The notes below the pieces were generated by a model. That model saw only the letters and a list, made by a program, of their open reading frames with translations, had not been told where the DNA came from and did not search any database. Positions 9,467 to 19,753 of a DNA stretch of 54,216 bases are shown piece after piece. How positions within the stretch are numbered: the stretch's first letter is position 1; the number at the start of each line of letters is the position of its first letter. Location of the stretch: NCBI GenBank assembly GCA_963783885.1, contig CAWAPJ010000014.1, positions 1 to 54,216 on the forward strand, written 5' to 3'. The stretch is from Waddliaceae bacterium (GTDB lineage: Bacteria > Chlamydiota > Chlamydiia > Chlamydiales > SLFE01). The position numbers and the translations under genes were made by a program.

Positions 9467-10462
9467 ATGAAAAGATGGATTCTTGCCCTGTGTTTAACAA
9501 TCGTTTCATTAAATGCCCATGAACCGAAACGGGTTCTTGTCGCAGGCGGGGCCGGTTTTCTCGGTTCCCATCTTTGCGAGCGCCTTCTTGAAAGAGGGGA
9601 TGTTGTTGTTTGTCTGGACAACCTGCAAACGGGAAATCCCAATAACGTGCAAACTTTTCTTAACAACCCGCACTTTTTTCTTATTCATGGCGACATCTGC
9701 GAATTTCGCGACGAAGAGCACATTTATGACGAGATCTACAACCTCGCCTGTCCCGCCTCGCCTCCCAGATACCAAAAAGATCCCATTCATACCCTCGAAA
9801 CCAACTACAGAGGAACGAAAAATCTTCTCGAGCAGGCAAAGCGGGACGGCGCAGTCTTTTTCCAGGCATCAACGAGCGAAGTTTACGGAAATCCTCTGCA
9901 GCACCCGCAAAAAGAAACTTACTTTGGCAACGTCAATCCAATTGGCATCAGAGCCTGCTATGACGAAGGAAAACGAATCGCAGAAACGCTATGCTTTGAG
10001 TACCATAGACAGCACGCAGTGGCCATTAAAGTGGTCCGCATCTTCAACACATACGGACCAAACATGTCTCCTAAGGATGGCCGTGTTGTCTCGAACTTTA
10101 TGATGCAGGCACTCTCGGGCAAACCGATTACCGTTTATGGAGACGGCTCTCAAACACGCTCATTTTGCTTTGTCGACGATCTGATCAACGGATTTTTGGC
10201 AGTAATGAATACCGAGAGCGATGTCACCGGCCCCGTCAACCTCGGCAATCCCGCGGAAATCACCGTTAAAGAGCTGGCAGAAAGGATCATTGCAATGACC
10301 CAGTCCCCATCCCTGTTGCAATACAAACCGCTGCCCCAGGACGACCCCGTCAAAAGAAAACCCGACATCACCCTGGCAAAAACACTTGGGTGGCAGCCCG
10401 AAACCCCTCTGGAAACAGGGCTTCAAAAGACTGCCGACTATTTTAGAAAGTTTACGCACTGA
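9467..10462 (+). CDS. UDP-glucuronate decarboxylase (UDP-xylose synthase) family SDR with signal-peptide-like N-terminus
   Basis: [37 protein letters not shown] and DDP..RKPDI. Confidence 0.92.
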   Translation: MKRWILALCLTIVSLNAHEPKRVLVAGGAGFLGSHLCERLLERGDVVVCLDNLQTGNPNNVQTFLNNPHFFLIHGDICEFRDEEHIYDEIYNLACPASPPRYQKDPIHTLETNYRGTKNLLEQAKRDGAVFFQASTSEVYGNPLQHPQKETYFGNVNPIGIRACYDEGKRIAETLCFEYHRQHAVAIKVVRIFNTYGPNMSPKDGRVVSNFMMQALSGKPITVYGDGSQTRSFCFVDDLINGFLAVMNTESDVTGPVNLGNPAEITVKELAERIIAMTQSPSLLQYKPLPQDDPVKRKPDITLAKTLGWQPETPLETGLQKTADYFRKFTH

Positions 10463-10640
10463 CTGTCCAGTAGTCTTTTTCCTCCTTCAATGTTTTAAGG
10501 GAAAGACAGTAAAGATGATTTCTTAAAAATTTAATATGAAAACATTTTTAAATAATATTATTTAAACATAACTTCTTGTTAATCTAATTGCCTAACAAAG
10601 CCGTTTCAGTATAGCATCGGGTCAGCAGGATAAAACCAGG

Positions 10641-11624
10641 ATGCTTGGCAAAAAATTGTGTTTTTATGGCGCTATTTGGGCACTCCTATCGTCCATGGCG
10701 CTTGTATCGCCGGAGTTTACAAATTCATCTCCATCGTCTGACGCAATCTTTTGGTCTCCAAAGGCATATGATTTTTCGCGTTTAGTCAATTGGGTAATAC
10801 GCTCAAAATCATATGCCTTTGGAGACCAAAATCTTACATCATCCAACGGAAAGCAACTTGTAAACTCCGGCTTTGCAAATACTGTCACTGTGATTGCCCA
10901 TCGGGGCAATTCATCGGAAGCCCCGGAAAACACACTAGCCGCTTTTTCCCAGGCGGTAGAACTCGGAGTCGATTACCTTGAGTTTGATATTCAACTGACT
11001 AAGGACAAAGTACCCGTTGTCATTCATGATCCTATCCTGAAAAGGACTACCGATAATCAAGATCCCCTTTTCATTCATGAAGTTACAGAAGCTGACCTTC
11101 AGCAGCTTGATGCCGGAGGCTGGTTTGATCAATCCTTTGCCGGGCAGACAATTCCCACATTGGAACAAGTGCTGCAAATGCCGCTTGGCCATACAGGCCT
11201 GATGATCGAAATCAAGGGGGAATTTTCCGGCGAGTATGAGATCGCCTATGCTGTTTCCCAAACACTTCAAAAAAATCCGATATCCTCGCCAGTCCTCATC
11301 GGCAGCTTGAATCCTGCAGTTCTTACATTCATCCGCCTCCTTCTTCCCGACATGCCAATTATCGCCATTGTCGATGACCCCTCGCATCTCTTATGCCACG
11401 ACAGCAACTCACCTGATCTGTATGCCTTCGACAAAACTGCGCTAGCTGTTGACCTTATTGAAAAAATCCATAAAACGGGCAGAATGGTCTGGGCCTGGAC
11501 TGTCGACGAAGAGTCTGAAATCGAACTGCTAAAGGAGTGGGGAGTAGATGGGATCATCACTAATCGGCCAAGAACTGCTATGGGAATAAACCACTCAGCC
11601 CTATTGATGGAAAAAATGCAATGA
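10641..11624 (+). CDS. Glycerophosphodiester phosphodiesterase
   Basis: IAHRG, PENTLAAF, EFDIQLTKD..VVIHD and GVDGIITNRP. Confidence 0.92.
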   Translation: MLGKKLCFYGAIWALLSSMALVSPEFTNSSPSSDAIFWSPKAYDFSRLVNWVIRSKSYAFGDQNLTSSNGKQLVNSGFANTVTVIAHRGNSSEAPENTLAAFSQAVELGVDYLEFDIQLTKDKVPVVIHDPILKRTTDNQDPLFIHEVTEADLQQLDAGGWFDQSFAGQTIPTLEQVLQMPLGHTGLMIEIKGEFSGEYEIAYAVSQTLQKNPISSPVLIGSLNPAVLTFIRLLLPDMPIIAIVDDPSHLLCHDSNSPDLYAFDKTALAVDLIEKIHKTGRMVWAWTVDEESEIELLKEWGVDGIITNRPRTAMGINHSALLMEKMQ

Positions 11625-11653
11625 GGCAAAGTCCCTAAATAAAGGAGACTGTT

Positions 11654-12178
11654 ATGAAAAAGGCTTTTCTTGTTTTATTTGTTTTGCTTGCCTCATGTCA
11701 TCCGCATCCTCCGGAGAAACATTTGGAAAAAGGGCGCGCAGACATTGTATCAACTACCGGAGACAAGTCGGTTAACGGAACCGTTAAATTTGTCGAAACA
11801 AAAGATGGTTTAAGGGTTTATGCAAATGTTCACGGACTTCCACCCGGAAAACACGGATTTCATATTCACGAATATGGGGATATCGGCAATCACGGCAAAA
11901 ACGCCGGAGGCCATTATAATCCCAACCATGTCAAACACGGATTTATCGTCAAAGACGGTTATGCGAAAGCCCACGCAGGCGACTTCGGCAATATCACTAT
12001 CGATGAGAATGGAGATGGAGAGCTCGAGCTTTTCATTCCCGAGATGAGACTGAGCGGAGGAAAGTACAATATCGCCGGACGGGCAGTCATCATTCATGAA
12101 AACGAAGACGATTTCAGCCAACCGACAGGAAACGCCGGCCCACGCATTGCCGGTGGTACTATCAAGATTGTGGAATAA
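11654..12178 (+). CDS. sodC: Cu/Zn superoxide dismutase, probable lipoprotein
   Basis: HGFHIHE, AGGHYNP, HAGDFGN and TGNAGPR; lipobox LASC. Confidence 0.92.
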   Translation: MKKAFLVLFVLLASCHPHPPEKHLEKGRADIVSTTGDKSVNGTVKFVETKDGLRVYANVHGLPPGKHGFHIHEYGDIGNHGKNAGGHYNPNHVKHGFIVKDGYAKAHAGDFGNITIDENGDGELELFIPEMRLSGGKYNIAGRAVIIHENEDDFSQPTGNAGPRIAGGTIKIVE

Positions 12179-13312
12179 TTACACATTCAATGGTTTAAGG
12201 TGGTAGATCTGCCTGCAAAGGCGGCACCACCTTTTCCAGTCTTGCCGAATGCTTTTCTTCAGTTGTTTGAGTTCGAGGCGGACTTCTTTTACTTTCAATT
12301 TTTCCGCGCTGCTTTTCTTGAGCTTTTGGTATTGCATTCTCAACTCGTTGAACTTGGCTATCTTTTCGACAACTCTATTTGAGACATCCTGAATGGTATC
12401 TTCCAGCTCTTCTTTCTTCACATACCAAAGCGACTTGACTTTTTCCAGAAGATCGCTTTTCCCCTCCAGAACCATCTTTTTCTGAACGATATAAGGGTCG
12501 ACCTTTCTTAAATTGGAGGCAAGGCCGAGTTTACTGAGAAGCCAAATGAGCCACTTGGTGGGATCGTATTGATACCATCGAATGCCGTTTCGGTAATCAT
12601 TGGCATAGGTATGGTGGTAATTGTGATAGCCCTCTCCGAATGTAAGCAGGGATATGACATAGTTATTGACTGCCGACTGCTCTTTGCAAAAGGGCTTGTC
12701 GCCCCAGGTATGAGCCAATGAATTAATGAACCAGGTGCAATGGTGAAGAGCAAATACCCGTGCACATACCGCAAGAAAGAAGGCGCCGAGATAATCATTC
12801 ATCAGCCATCCTGCAAGGAAAAAGACAAACACATTCGTTCCGATCATGCAAAACGCATCATATTTATGCTGAAACATCACCAAGGGATTGCTCATAAGAT
12901 CGGGAACAACTTTCTTGTCGATAGGGCGCGGCTTGTCCAAAAGCCAAAGAAAGTGGGCATACCAAAAACCCTTTTTGATCGAATAGGGATCATCGTCAGT
13001 GTCGACATGGGCATGATGGAGGCGATGATCATACGACCACCTCAAAACACTCCCTTGCAAGGTAATCGAGCCGAAAAATAGGGTAATCGCTTCTATAAAA
13101 CGGTTTGTTTTATACGACCGGTGGGAAAAATAACGATGATAACCCGCCGTAATGGCCAGCCCCCCGGCAAAATAGAGAGCCACTGATATAAAGAACATCC
13201 CCCATGTCGGCGACCCGAAAATCAGATAAAAGGGCAGAGTCAAAATAACAAATAATTGATAAACAACTAGAAATAAACTGACTCCCTTGTTTTCACTAAA
13301 TATCTTCTTCAT
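12179..13312 (-). CDS. Delta-9-type acyl-CoA/acyl-lipid desaturase with coiled-coil C-terminus
   Basis: His boxes HRYFSH, HRLHH and HNYHH. Confidence 0.92.
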   Translation of the reverse strand: MKKIFSENKGVSLFLVVYQLFVILTLPFYLIFGSPTWGMFFISVALYFAGGLAITAGYHRYFSHRSYKTNRFIEAITLFFGSITLQGSVLRWSYDHRLHHAHVDTDDDPYSIKKGFWYAHFLWLLDKPRPIDKKVVPDLMSNPLVMFQHKYDAFCMIGTNVFVFFLAGWLMNDYLGAFFLAVCARVFALHHCTWFINSLAHTWGDKPFCKEQSAVNNYVISLLTFGEGYHNYHHTYANDYRNGIRWYQYDPTKWLIWLLSKLGLASNLRKVDPYIVQKKMVLEGKSDLLEKVKSLWYVKKEELEDTIQDVSNRVVEKIAKFNELRMQYQKLKKSSAEKLKVKEVRLELKQLKKSIRQDWKRWCRLCRQIYHLKPLNV

Positions 13313-13376
13313 AGAGTAATAAACCTCTTGTTATAAGATAAGCCTCTTGTCAGGATACAAGAAAAAAATATATTTT

Positions 13377-14399
13377 TCAATGATTTTCACGTGTATTACG
13401 GTAAAACATACCCGGCAAACCGGGAAAGGCCCGGCATATTTCCATTAGAAAGGCGCTTTTAATGGGACTCATAGCCGCCCGGTGGAGCCTCATACCCCAA
13501 GCTATCCGAGACAAATAACGGCGCCGCCAGGCGTTTTGATAGCCCTTTGAGTCGCCCTTTGCGGCATAGTCGGCCGCCATAACGCCTGATGTCACAGCCA
13601 TTCCCACCCCTTCACCGGTGATGGGGGGAATCGTAGCGGCAGCATCCCCGGCCAGGTAGGTATTCGGCCATCCGGGATGCTGTTTCACTCCAAACTCCGG
13701 AGCTTCAACCCGGACCCATCCCGGCTGCTGAATTTCCCCTAAAGAGAGGCGGGCAAGCAAAGGCTCCGGAAGCGTCCTGCGGCTTTTTGAAAGCATGGCA
13801 ACATTGACCGTGTTTGGCCCGATAGGAGAAACCCCGCAATATCCTCCTTGAAAAAGGTGCATTTCAAGCGTCTCTTCCAGATCGATGTTCTGAAAATGAG
13901 CCTTCATGCCAAAGTAGGGACAAAACGGTTTCGTTTTGGAAAAAAGACGGCCGGCAGCCACAATCAGCTGACTGGCTTCGATTGATTTTCCCCCGGATAA
14001 ACTCAAACGAAACACTCCCCTCTCTGTTTGAGGAGGCTCTACGCCGTCAACTTTTGTTCCGGTTAAAACAGAGCAGCCTCTATCTCGCAAGCGCCTGAGC
14101 AGTTTCATCTCCAAAAGCGATCGCGACATTCCGCCGCCGGAAGGGTGCAGGGAAAATTCCAAAGATTTTTTTCCGAAAAATTGACACTGTTTGATGTTTT
14201 TTTCGGGAACCACGCCCCATTCGGCGAGAAGCGGCAGACACTCCGGAGACAAAAACTCCCCGCAAACCCGAAATGCCGGATAAGAACCTCCTTCAATGAC
14301 CATGGCTTGCAGACCGAGATCCACAACACGATTAGCCGCAGCAAGCCCGGCAACGCTGCCGCCAACGACAATCACCCGGTTTTTATCTTGAGAATCCAT
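13377..14399 (-). CDS. FAD-dependent oxidoreductase/monooxygenase
   Basis: VVGGSVAG, VCGEFLS and GDAA..IPPITGEG. Confidence 0.88.
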   Translation of the reverse strand: MDSQDKNRVIVVGGSVAGLAAANRVVDLGLQAMVIEGGSYPAFRVCGEFLSPECLPLLAEWGVVPEKNIKQCQFFGKKSLEFSLHPSGGGMSRSLLEMKLLRRLRDRGCSVLTGTKVDGVEPPQTERGVFRLSLSGGKSIEASQLIVAAGRLFSKTKPFCPYFGMKAHFQNIDLEETLEMHLFQGGYCGVSPIGPNTVNVAMLSKSRRTLPEPLLARLSLGEIQQPGWVRVEAPEFGVKQHPGWPNTYLAGDAAATIPPITGEGVGMAVTSGVMAADYAAKGDSKGYQNAWRRRYLSRIAWGMRLHRAAMSPIKSAFLMEICRAFPGLPGMFYRNTRENH

Positions 14400-15043
14400 C
14401 TAAAGGGAAAATACCGTTTAAGGGTCCATTTTTCTTCAGGCACTCCGGCCTTTGTCATCAAGCCAATCCAGTCTTCTCTTTTAAAACTCCGTCGAATTGA
14501 GAGCAAGCCGTCATGTGTGATCAATCGGTTTTGAAAAAGGAGCGGAGCAAAAACTGCATAAAGGCAATAGGCCAGGCGGTGTCTATGAAGATCGTTGATC
14601 ACAACAAGTTTTTCGGCGCTTTTCACAGCCTGCCCCAAAAAAGAGATGAACTGCTCGTCATTTAAATGGTGCGCGACAAGGGTCGCTATTACAACATCGG
14701 CCTTTAAATCCGAAATATCCGGGGTGAATCGATGAATGAATCGCAGGTTGCACTTTTTATGACTTTTCTTGGCATGCTCGATAGCTTCCCTTGAAATGTC
14801 AATTCCCACAACGTCCGTATTGGGGTATCGGTCGGCAAGCTTGCGGGTAAAGTAGCCTCCGCCGCAGCCGACATCGAGAATCGATTTTGGACAAAGATCT
14901 CTAAGCGCCTTCCAGGAAGCCCGATCGCCTCCTAAAAGAACGCCCACGCCATTCAATTTTTTCAGACAGTCGTCATACTCTTCAGGAGAGTAAAACTCCG
15001 GCCCCAGATCCAAAATCTCTTTCTCGAATGACCGCTCTCTCAT
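14372..15043 (-). CDS. SAM-dependent methyltransferase
   Basis: ILDVGCGGG, VAHHL, INDLHR and HDGLLSIRRSF. ATG 15043 overlaps the PKS stop. Confidence 0.88.
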   Translation of the reverse strand: MRERSFEKEILDLGPEFYSPEEYDDCLKKLNGVGVLLGGDRASWKALRDLCPKSILDVGCGGGYFTRKLADRYPNTDVVGIDISREAIEHAKKSHKKCNLRFIHRFTPDISDLKADVVIATLVAHHLNDEQFISFLGQAVKSAEKLVVINDLHRHRLAYCLYAVFAPLLFQNRLITHDGLLSIRRSFKREDWIGLMTKAGVPEEKWTLKRYFPFRWILKIKTG

Positions 15044-16128
15044 AATCTTTTGAGAAGAATTCCTTCCACAGAAAGACCTGGGCCGAAGCCAAAGCCCGCT
15101 GTCCATTTTTCACGGCACCCCTGGCGGTCGAGTTGATCGAGAACAAAAAGGAATGTCGGACTCGACATGTTCCCATATCGCGACAGAACTTCCCATGATG
15201 CTGCCGTCTGCTCTTTTTTTAATCCGCAAGCCATTTCAATTCCGTGAAGTATCGCCTTGCCGCCCGGATGCAGAGCCCAGTCGCACTTGTTAAATGGAAT
15301 GCCCGGTCCAAGAAGCGATTCGGCAAACGCTCTTATGCCGCCTCTGATCCTTTCGGGAACACCTCTTGTCATATGCATGACTAGCGCATGTTCTCCCGGC
15401 TCCCACGTCATGTCATCGTGGGAGTGCTCTAAAACCTGTGATTTTTTCGCCTCAATCTCCCAGAGAGCCGGTTCATCTTTTAACGGGGCCGCTCCTACGA
15501 CTGCGGCGGCCGCTCCATCGGAAAAAAGAGCGTTGGCCAAAAGAGTGTCCTTAAAGGGTGATTTTTGAAAGTGAAGAGAACAAAGTTCAACGCAAACGAC
15601 AAGGATTCTGTTTTCAGGATTTTCGGCAGCAAGAGCGCGGGCGGTCCCGAGCCCTTTGAAAGCCCCAAAGCATCCCATAAAATTGATCCCCAGCCGATCG
15701 ACATCGGAACGAAGCCCGAGCGACTCCATCAATTTAACCTCGATGCCGGGAGCCATAATCCCTGTGCAGCTGATGGCGATAATATGGGTAATTTTCTTTC
15801 TGCCGCCTCCCCATTCAATTAAGGCCTTCTCGCAGGCATCGCGGGCAAGCAGGGGAGCGTGCTTTTTAAAGGCTTCGTTTCTTTCGGTGAAAGTCGGCTG
15901 CCTCTTGGGGAAATCCTCTCCCCAAAATGTCCATTTGTCTCTTGAAGCTAAGAAATCCGGAAGAACCGAATACCGCCTGTGTATCGCCGAATGGCAGCTG
16001 ACTTTTTTATACCAGACGGCATCCTCTTCATTCATCTGCATAGCCTCGATCATGACATCGGCGATGGCATCCTGAGGAAGGTGATTCGCAGGAAGCGCTG
16101 TGCCTAAAGAGAGGATTGCCGTTTTCAT
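15040..16128 (-). CDS. Type III polyketide synthase
   Basis: Cys-His-Asn triad (FMGCFG, LHPGG, GNMSS), ELCSLH and GFGPG. Confidence 0.95.
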   Translation of the reverse strand: MKTAILSLGTALPANHLPQDAIADVMIEAMQMNEEDAVWYKKVSCHSAIHRRYSVLPDFLASRDKWTFWGEDFPKRQPTFTERNEAFKKHAPLLARDACEKALIEWGGGRKKITHIIAISCTGIMAPGIEVKLMESLGLRSDVDRLGINFMGCFGAFKGLGTARALAAENPENRILVVCVELCSLHFQKSPFKDTLLANALFSDGAAAAVVGAAPLKDEPALWEIEAKKSQVLEHSHDDMTWEPGEHALVMHMTRGVPERIRGGIRAFAESLLGPGIPFNKCDWALHPGGKAILHGIEMACGLKKEQTAASWEVLSRYGNMSSPTFLFVLDQLDRQGCREKWTAGFGFGPGLSVEGILLKRL

Positions 16129-16298
16129 AAACAATGTTTACTCAAAATAAGTTTGCTCCATATATGCAAGTCTATCAAAGGACAGGAAAACAGAGATTAA
16201 ACCAACCGGGCAAAATTTACAATTCTCTTTTTTTGTTCTCAATCAGTTAGGAAACAAGATCTTGCCGTTTTCATCAAAATACTATAAAAAAGTGTCTT

Positions 16299-17156
16299 AT
16301 GAAGCTTTCTAGAAAAGAAATTCCCCTTTTCCTGCTTGCCTATAGAAAAATATGCCACGATATCCTTAAAAAGACGATGCAAGACATTGACAGAAAAGTC
16401 CAAAACCTAAAAGACAGCCATTTATTAAAATATGAACCTTTTTTGATCAAGCCGGATTTTTCCTCCCGAATCGAAAAACGCATGAAAGAAATCAGAAAAA
16501 GATATGCCGCTCCTAGAGGAAAATACTTCGTATTAATCCATGACACTTTTCTATTATTGAATCTTAAACAAAGCGAACAGCTCGCCTGCATTGAAAAAGC
16601 AGCTAAGCAAGCCGCTCTTCTTCTAAAAACCTTTCAGCAACCCTTCCAGGCTGATGATTGGAATGCCATTTCACAAAGATGGAAACAAAAAGCTGATGTC
16701 CACCGCGACAAAATCCTCTACCAACTCAGTATCCATAAGGTTTCCAAGGGAATTCCCCTTTCAACAGACGACCGCAAATTCTTATCGATAAAAGATGGAA
16801 AAAATCCCGACTACGACGATTTGGATCCTGCAGGCTATGTCTTTTTAAAACTTCGGGACCCCAATATGCTCTTCTACTGCAAAGATAAAAAACTGAACCT
16901 CGACCTTTACTTTGGAAACGGTCTAAAAACGCTTCAAAACTGGAATTACCGTTGTGTCAAAACTCCCGGGAGGGGCGATATTGTCGTCTATATTTCAAGA
17001 AATGGCCATTTTCGCCACTTTGGAATCTATATTGGAAAGGGACTCGTCCAATCGAAGTTAGGCCGCTTTTCTTATTCAGGGATTTATCAACATCATATTT
17101 TCTCTGTTCCCCTTAATTACCGCTCAAAGATTCTTTTTTTAAAAAAATCAAGTTAA
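16299..17156 (+). CDS. Hypothetical protein with C-terminal NlpC/P60-like (papain-fold) motif
   Basis: PGRGDIVVY...HFGIYIG..VQSKLG. Confidence 0.55.
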   Translation: MKLSRKEIPLFLLAYRKICHDILKKTMQDIDRKVQNLKDSHLLKYEPFLIKPDFSSRIEKRMKEIRKRYAAPRGKYFVLIHDTFLLLNLKQSEQLACIEKAAKQAALLLKTFQQPFQADDWNAISQRWKQKADVHRDKILYQLSIHKVSKGIPLSTDDRKFLSIKDGKNPDYDDLDPAGYVFLKLRDPNMLFYCKDKKLNLDLYFGNGLKTLQNWNYRCVKTPGRGDIVVYISRNGHFRHFGIYIGKGLVQSKLGRFSYSGIYQHHIFSVPLNYRSKILFLKKSS

Positions 17157-17205
17157 TTTTTTAAATTAGTTATGTTATTATAATAGTAGGGGAGTTAGTT
17201 TATTT

Positions 17206-18537
17206 ATGTCAGCTAAAGGACAAAAGCCGGAAAATTTCTATGGCAACCATAAAGCCAAAAAAATGGAGGGTTTGCAAGATCCAAAGATACTGAGTGATAT
17301 AGAAAATGTTCTGGTTCATCTAGCCCCCCAGGACCTTGAAAATTTTGCCCTGGTCAGCAGCCATTTCAAGCAAATAGTCGAAAAAATCCAGTCTGACAAA
17401 ACTAGCGAGTGCCTCTTTCTTCTCAAAGAAATTGCAGGCTCATCCGGAAAAACCAAAAAAGGGGTCCTATCAAAGGTTTATGAAATGAGCACCTCTGTTT
17501 TACTGGGCTTAAAAAAAGAGAAAAGAAAACAGCTTAATGTTTGCGGACCTCATGTCCACTCTTTAGATTTATCGCTAGACCTGGAAACGGTTGACGATCC
17601 AAACCCCCTCCTCAAAATCCTCCCCTATCACTGTCCAAATATCGATACATTGATTTTAAACTCTTGCAATATCAACGTTGAGGGGATACGCGCCCTTTCC
17701 CAATTAGCCCGCTTGAAAACTCTTTCTTTGAGCTTTTGCGACCACCTCACAGATGACCAAATAGAGGAAATTACAAAACTGTCCGGCTTGAAAGAGTTGA
17801 AATTGAACTGGAATCTCAATCTGCCTCTCGAACCCTTAGCTGCACTTCACCGGTTGACAGAATTGGAATTTCTGGACTTGTCCCATACAAATATTTCCGA
17901 TGAAGAGCTTAAATTTATCGGTCAGCTGAAAACTTTGACTAAGCTCAATTTTGACGATTGCGGAAATATTACCGATCAGGGAATTGTCCATTTAAGGCCG
18001 CTTACAAAACTCGATACCATCAATCTTTCCTCTTGCAATATTTCCGACGAGGGGCTTATAGATTTGATCGAACTCTTTCCTAAGCTGATCTCCGTCACTT
18101 TAAGAAACAACCATTTCACCGACTCTGCTGCGGCGGAACTGTCGAAATTAAAAGAATTGACTCACTTGAATTTAAGCTGGTCGCACGACATCGGAGGAAG
18201 CTTCCTTGAGAGTCTGGCATCTCTGTCCAAATTAAGAATTTTGAATTTATCGCGATCGAATCACTTGCAAACATCAAAAATTCAATGGAAAGAATTCAAA
18301 AATCTTATGTATATCAATTTATCCTTTACCAAGGTTGATGATGAAACCCTTCGGCAAATGTCCTTCATGCCGATGATCGTCGGCGCCTCTTTTGCCAATG
18401 CGGCAAATATAACTTTAAAGGGGGTCAAATATCTCGCTCCACTCGACACAGTCAGTTATTTGGATTTTTCCAATTGCGGTCTCGACAACAGCGAAGTAGA
18501 GGCCCTGTTTCCATCCTCGGTCCAGATCAGGACCTGA
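17206..18537 (+). CDS. F-box-like leucine-rich repeat protein
   Basis: N-terminal VLVHLAPQDLENFALVSSHF followed by many LxxLxLSxC/N-type repeats. Confidence 0.85.
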   Translation: MSAKGQKPENFYGNHKAKKMEGLQDPKILSDIENVLVHLAPQDLENFALVSSHFKQIVEKIQSDKTSECLFLLKEIAGSSGKTKKGVLSKVYEMSTSVLLGLKKEKRKQLNVCGPHVHSLDLSLDLETVDDPNPLLKILPYHCPNIDTLILNSCNINVEGIRALSQLARLKTLSLSFCDHLTDDQIEEITKLSGLKELKLNWNLNLPLEPLAALHRLTELEFLDLSHTNISDEELKFIGQLKTLTKLNFDDCGNITDQGIVHLRPLTKLDTINLSSCNISDEGLIDLIELFPKLISVTLRNNHFTDSAAAELSKLKELTHLNLSWSHDIGGSFLESLASLSKLRILNLSRSNHLQTSKIQWKEFKNLMYINLSFTKVDDETLRQMSFMPMIVGASFANAANITLKGVKYLAPLDTVSYLDFSNCGLDNSEVEALFPSSVQIRT

Positions 18538-18596
18538 TAAAATGTTCAGAGAAATTATTGCTTCCTGTTATACTCGAAACTCTCAAGGAGAGGAAG

Positions 18597-19481
18597 ATGA
18601 TTGGCAGAAATGACCTTTGCTGGTGCGGAAGCGGAAAAAAGTGGAAAAAATGCCACTATCCCGATGCCGGCAATGTCTCTTATAAAAATAATTTAAGGGA
18701 TATTTATAAAAAAAAATACGGCATCCTCCTGAAAACAGAAAAGCAAATTGAAGGCATTCGCGCCTCATGCCGCCTCGCCTCGAAAATATTGGACGCCACA
18801 TGCGCGCTTGCCAAAGAAGGCGTCACGACAAATGAACTCAACGATTTCGCCCATAAAATGCACCTCGATCATGGGGCCGTCCCCGCCCCCCTTCATTATG
18901 GCGACCCGCCTTTTCCAAAAAGCATCTGCACATCGCTCAATGATGTCATTTGCCATGGCATTCCGGATGATACCCCGTTAAAAGCAGGAGATATCCTGAA
19001 CATCGATGTGACCTGTATACTGAACGGATTTTTCGGAGACTGCAGCCGCATGGTCATTATCGGCGATGCCAGCGAGGAAAAACGTCATGTCATCGATGTC
19101 TCGCATGAATGTTTGATGAGAGCTATCGGCATATTAAAGCCCGGCCTCCCTTTATGCGAAATCGGAGAAATGATCGAGTCATACGCCAATTCTCAAAAAT
19201 GTTCCGTCGTCAATCAATTTATCGGCCACGGCGTCGGCATCCATTTTCACGAAAATCCCCAGGTCTATCACCACAGAAACACTATTAAAACTCCCCTTGT
19301 CCCCGGTATGACCTTCACTATTGAGCCCATGATCAATCTCGGAGCACGCGAGGCCGTTATCGACGAAAAGGACCAATGGACCGCCAGAACCATAGACGGC
19401 AAGGCCAGCGCTCAATGGGAGCACACCATCCTGATCACAGACGAGGGTCATGAAATTCTCACCGCATGGAAACGGTCGTAA
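18597..19481 (+). CDS. map: Methionine aminopeptidase with N-terminal SEC-C motif
   Basis: GRNDLCWCGSGKKWKKCH, SICTSLNDVICHGIP, GHGVG, TIEPMIN and SAQWEHT. Confidence 0.96.
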   Translation: MIGRNDLCWCGSGKKWKKCHYPDAGNVSYKNNLRDIYKKKYGILLKTEKQIEGIRASCRLASKILDATCALAKEGVTTNELNDFAHKMHLDHGAVPAPLHYGDPPFPKSICTSLNDVICHGIPDDTPLKAGDILNIDVTCILNGFFGDCSRMVIIGDASEEKRHVIDVSHECLMRAIGILKPGLPLCEIGEMIESYANSQKCSVVNQFIGHGVGIHFHENPQVYHHRNTIKTPLVPGMTFTIEPMINLGAREAVIDEKDQWTARTIDGKASAQWEHTILITDEGHEILTAWKRS

Positions 19482-19497
19482 GCATTTTTAAAGCTGG

Positions 19498-19537
19498 CTA
19501 ATGCCTTGTCGTAAAAGTTTTTTCGACAAGGCACTAG
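19498..19537. terminator. Hairpin after map (terminator or short palindromic repeat)
   Basis: CTAATGCCTTGTCG...CGACAAGGCACTAG, 13/14 stem. Confidence 0.5.
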
Positions 19538-19753
19538 AAGCAATAACAATCACTTAAGGCATGAAACTCTTGTTAGAAAGAAAAGGGAATGCTCCATGAT
19601 GTTCATATCTTACTTCAACGGAAAGAAATTTAAACAATGGAAACGGCCCCTTCTCCAAAATTCTTTTGAAAAATAGACAAATGTTTCTCCTACTCGCCCT
19701 TTTCGTTTTGTCACTCTTAATGGCATTTTAGCGGCCGTTGCCAAAGATTGCGG

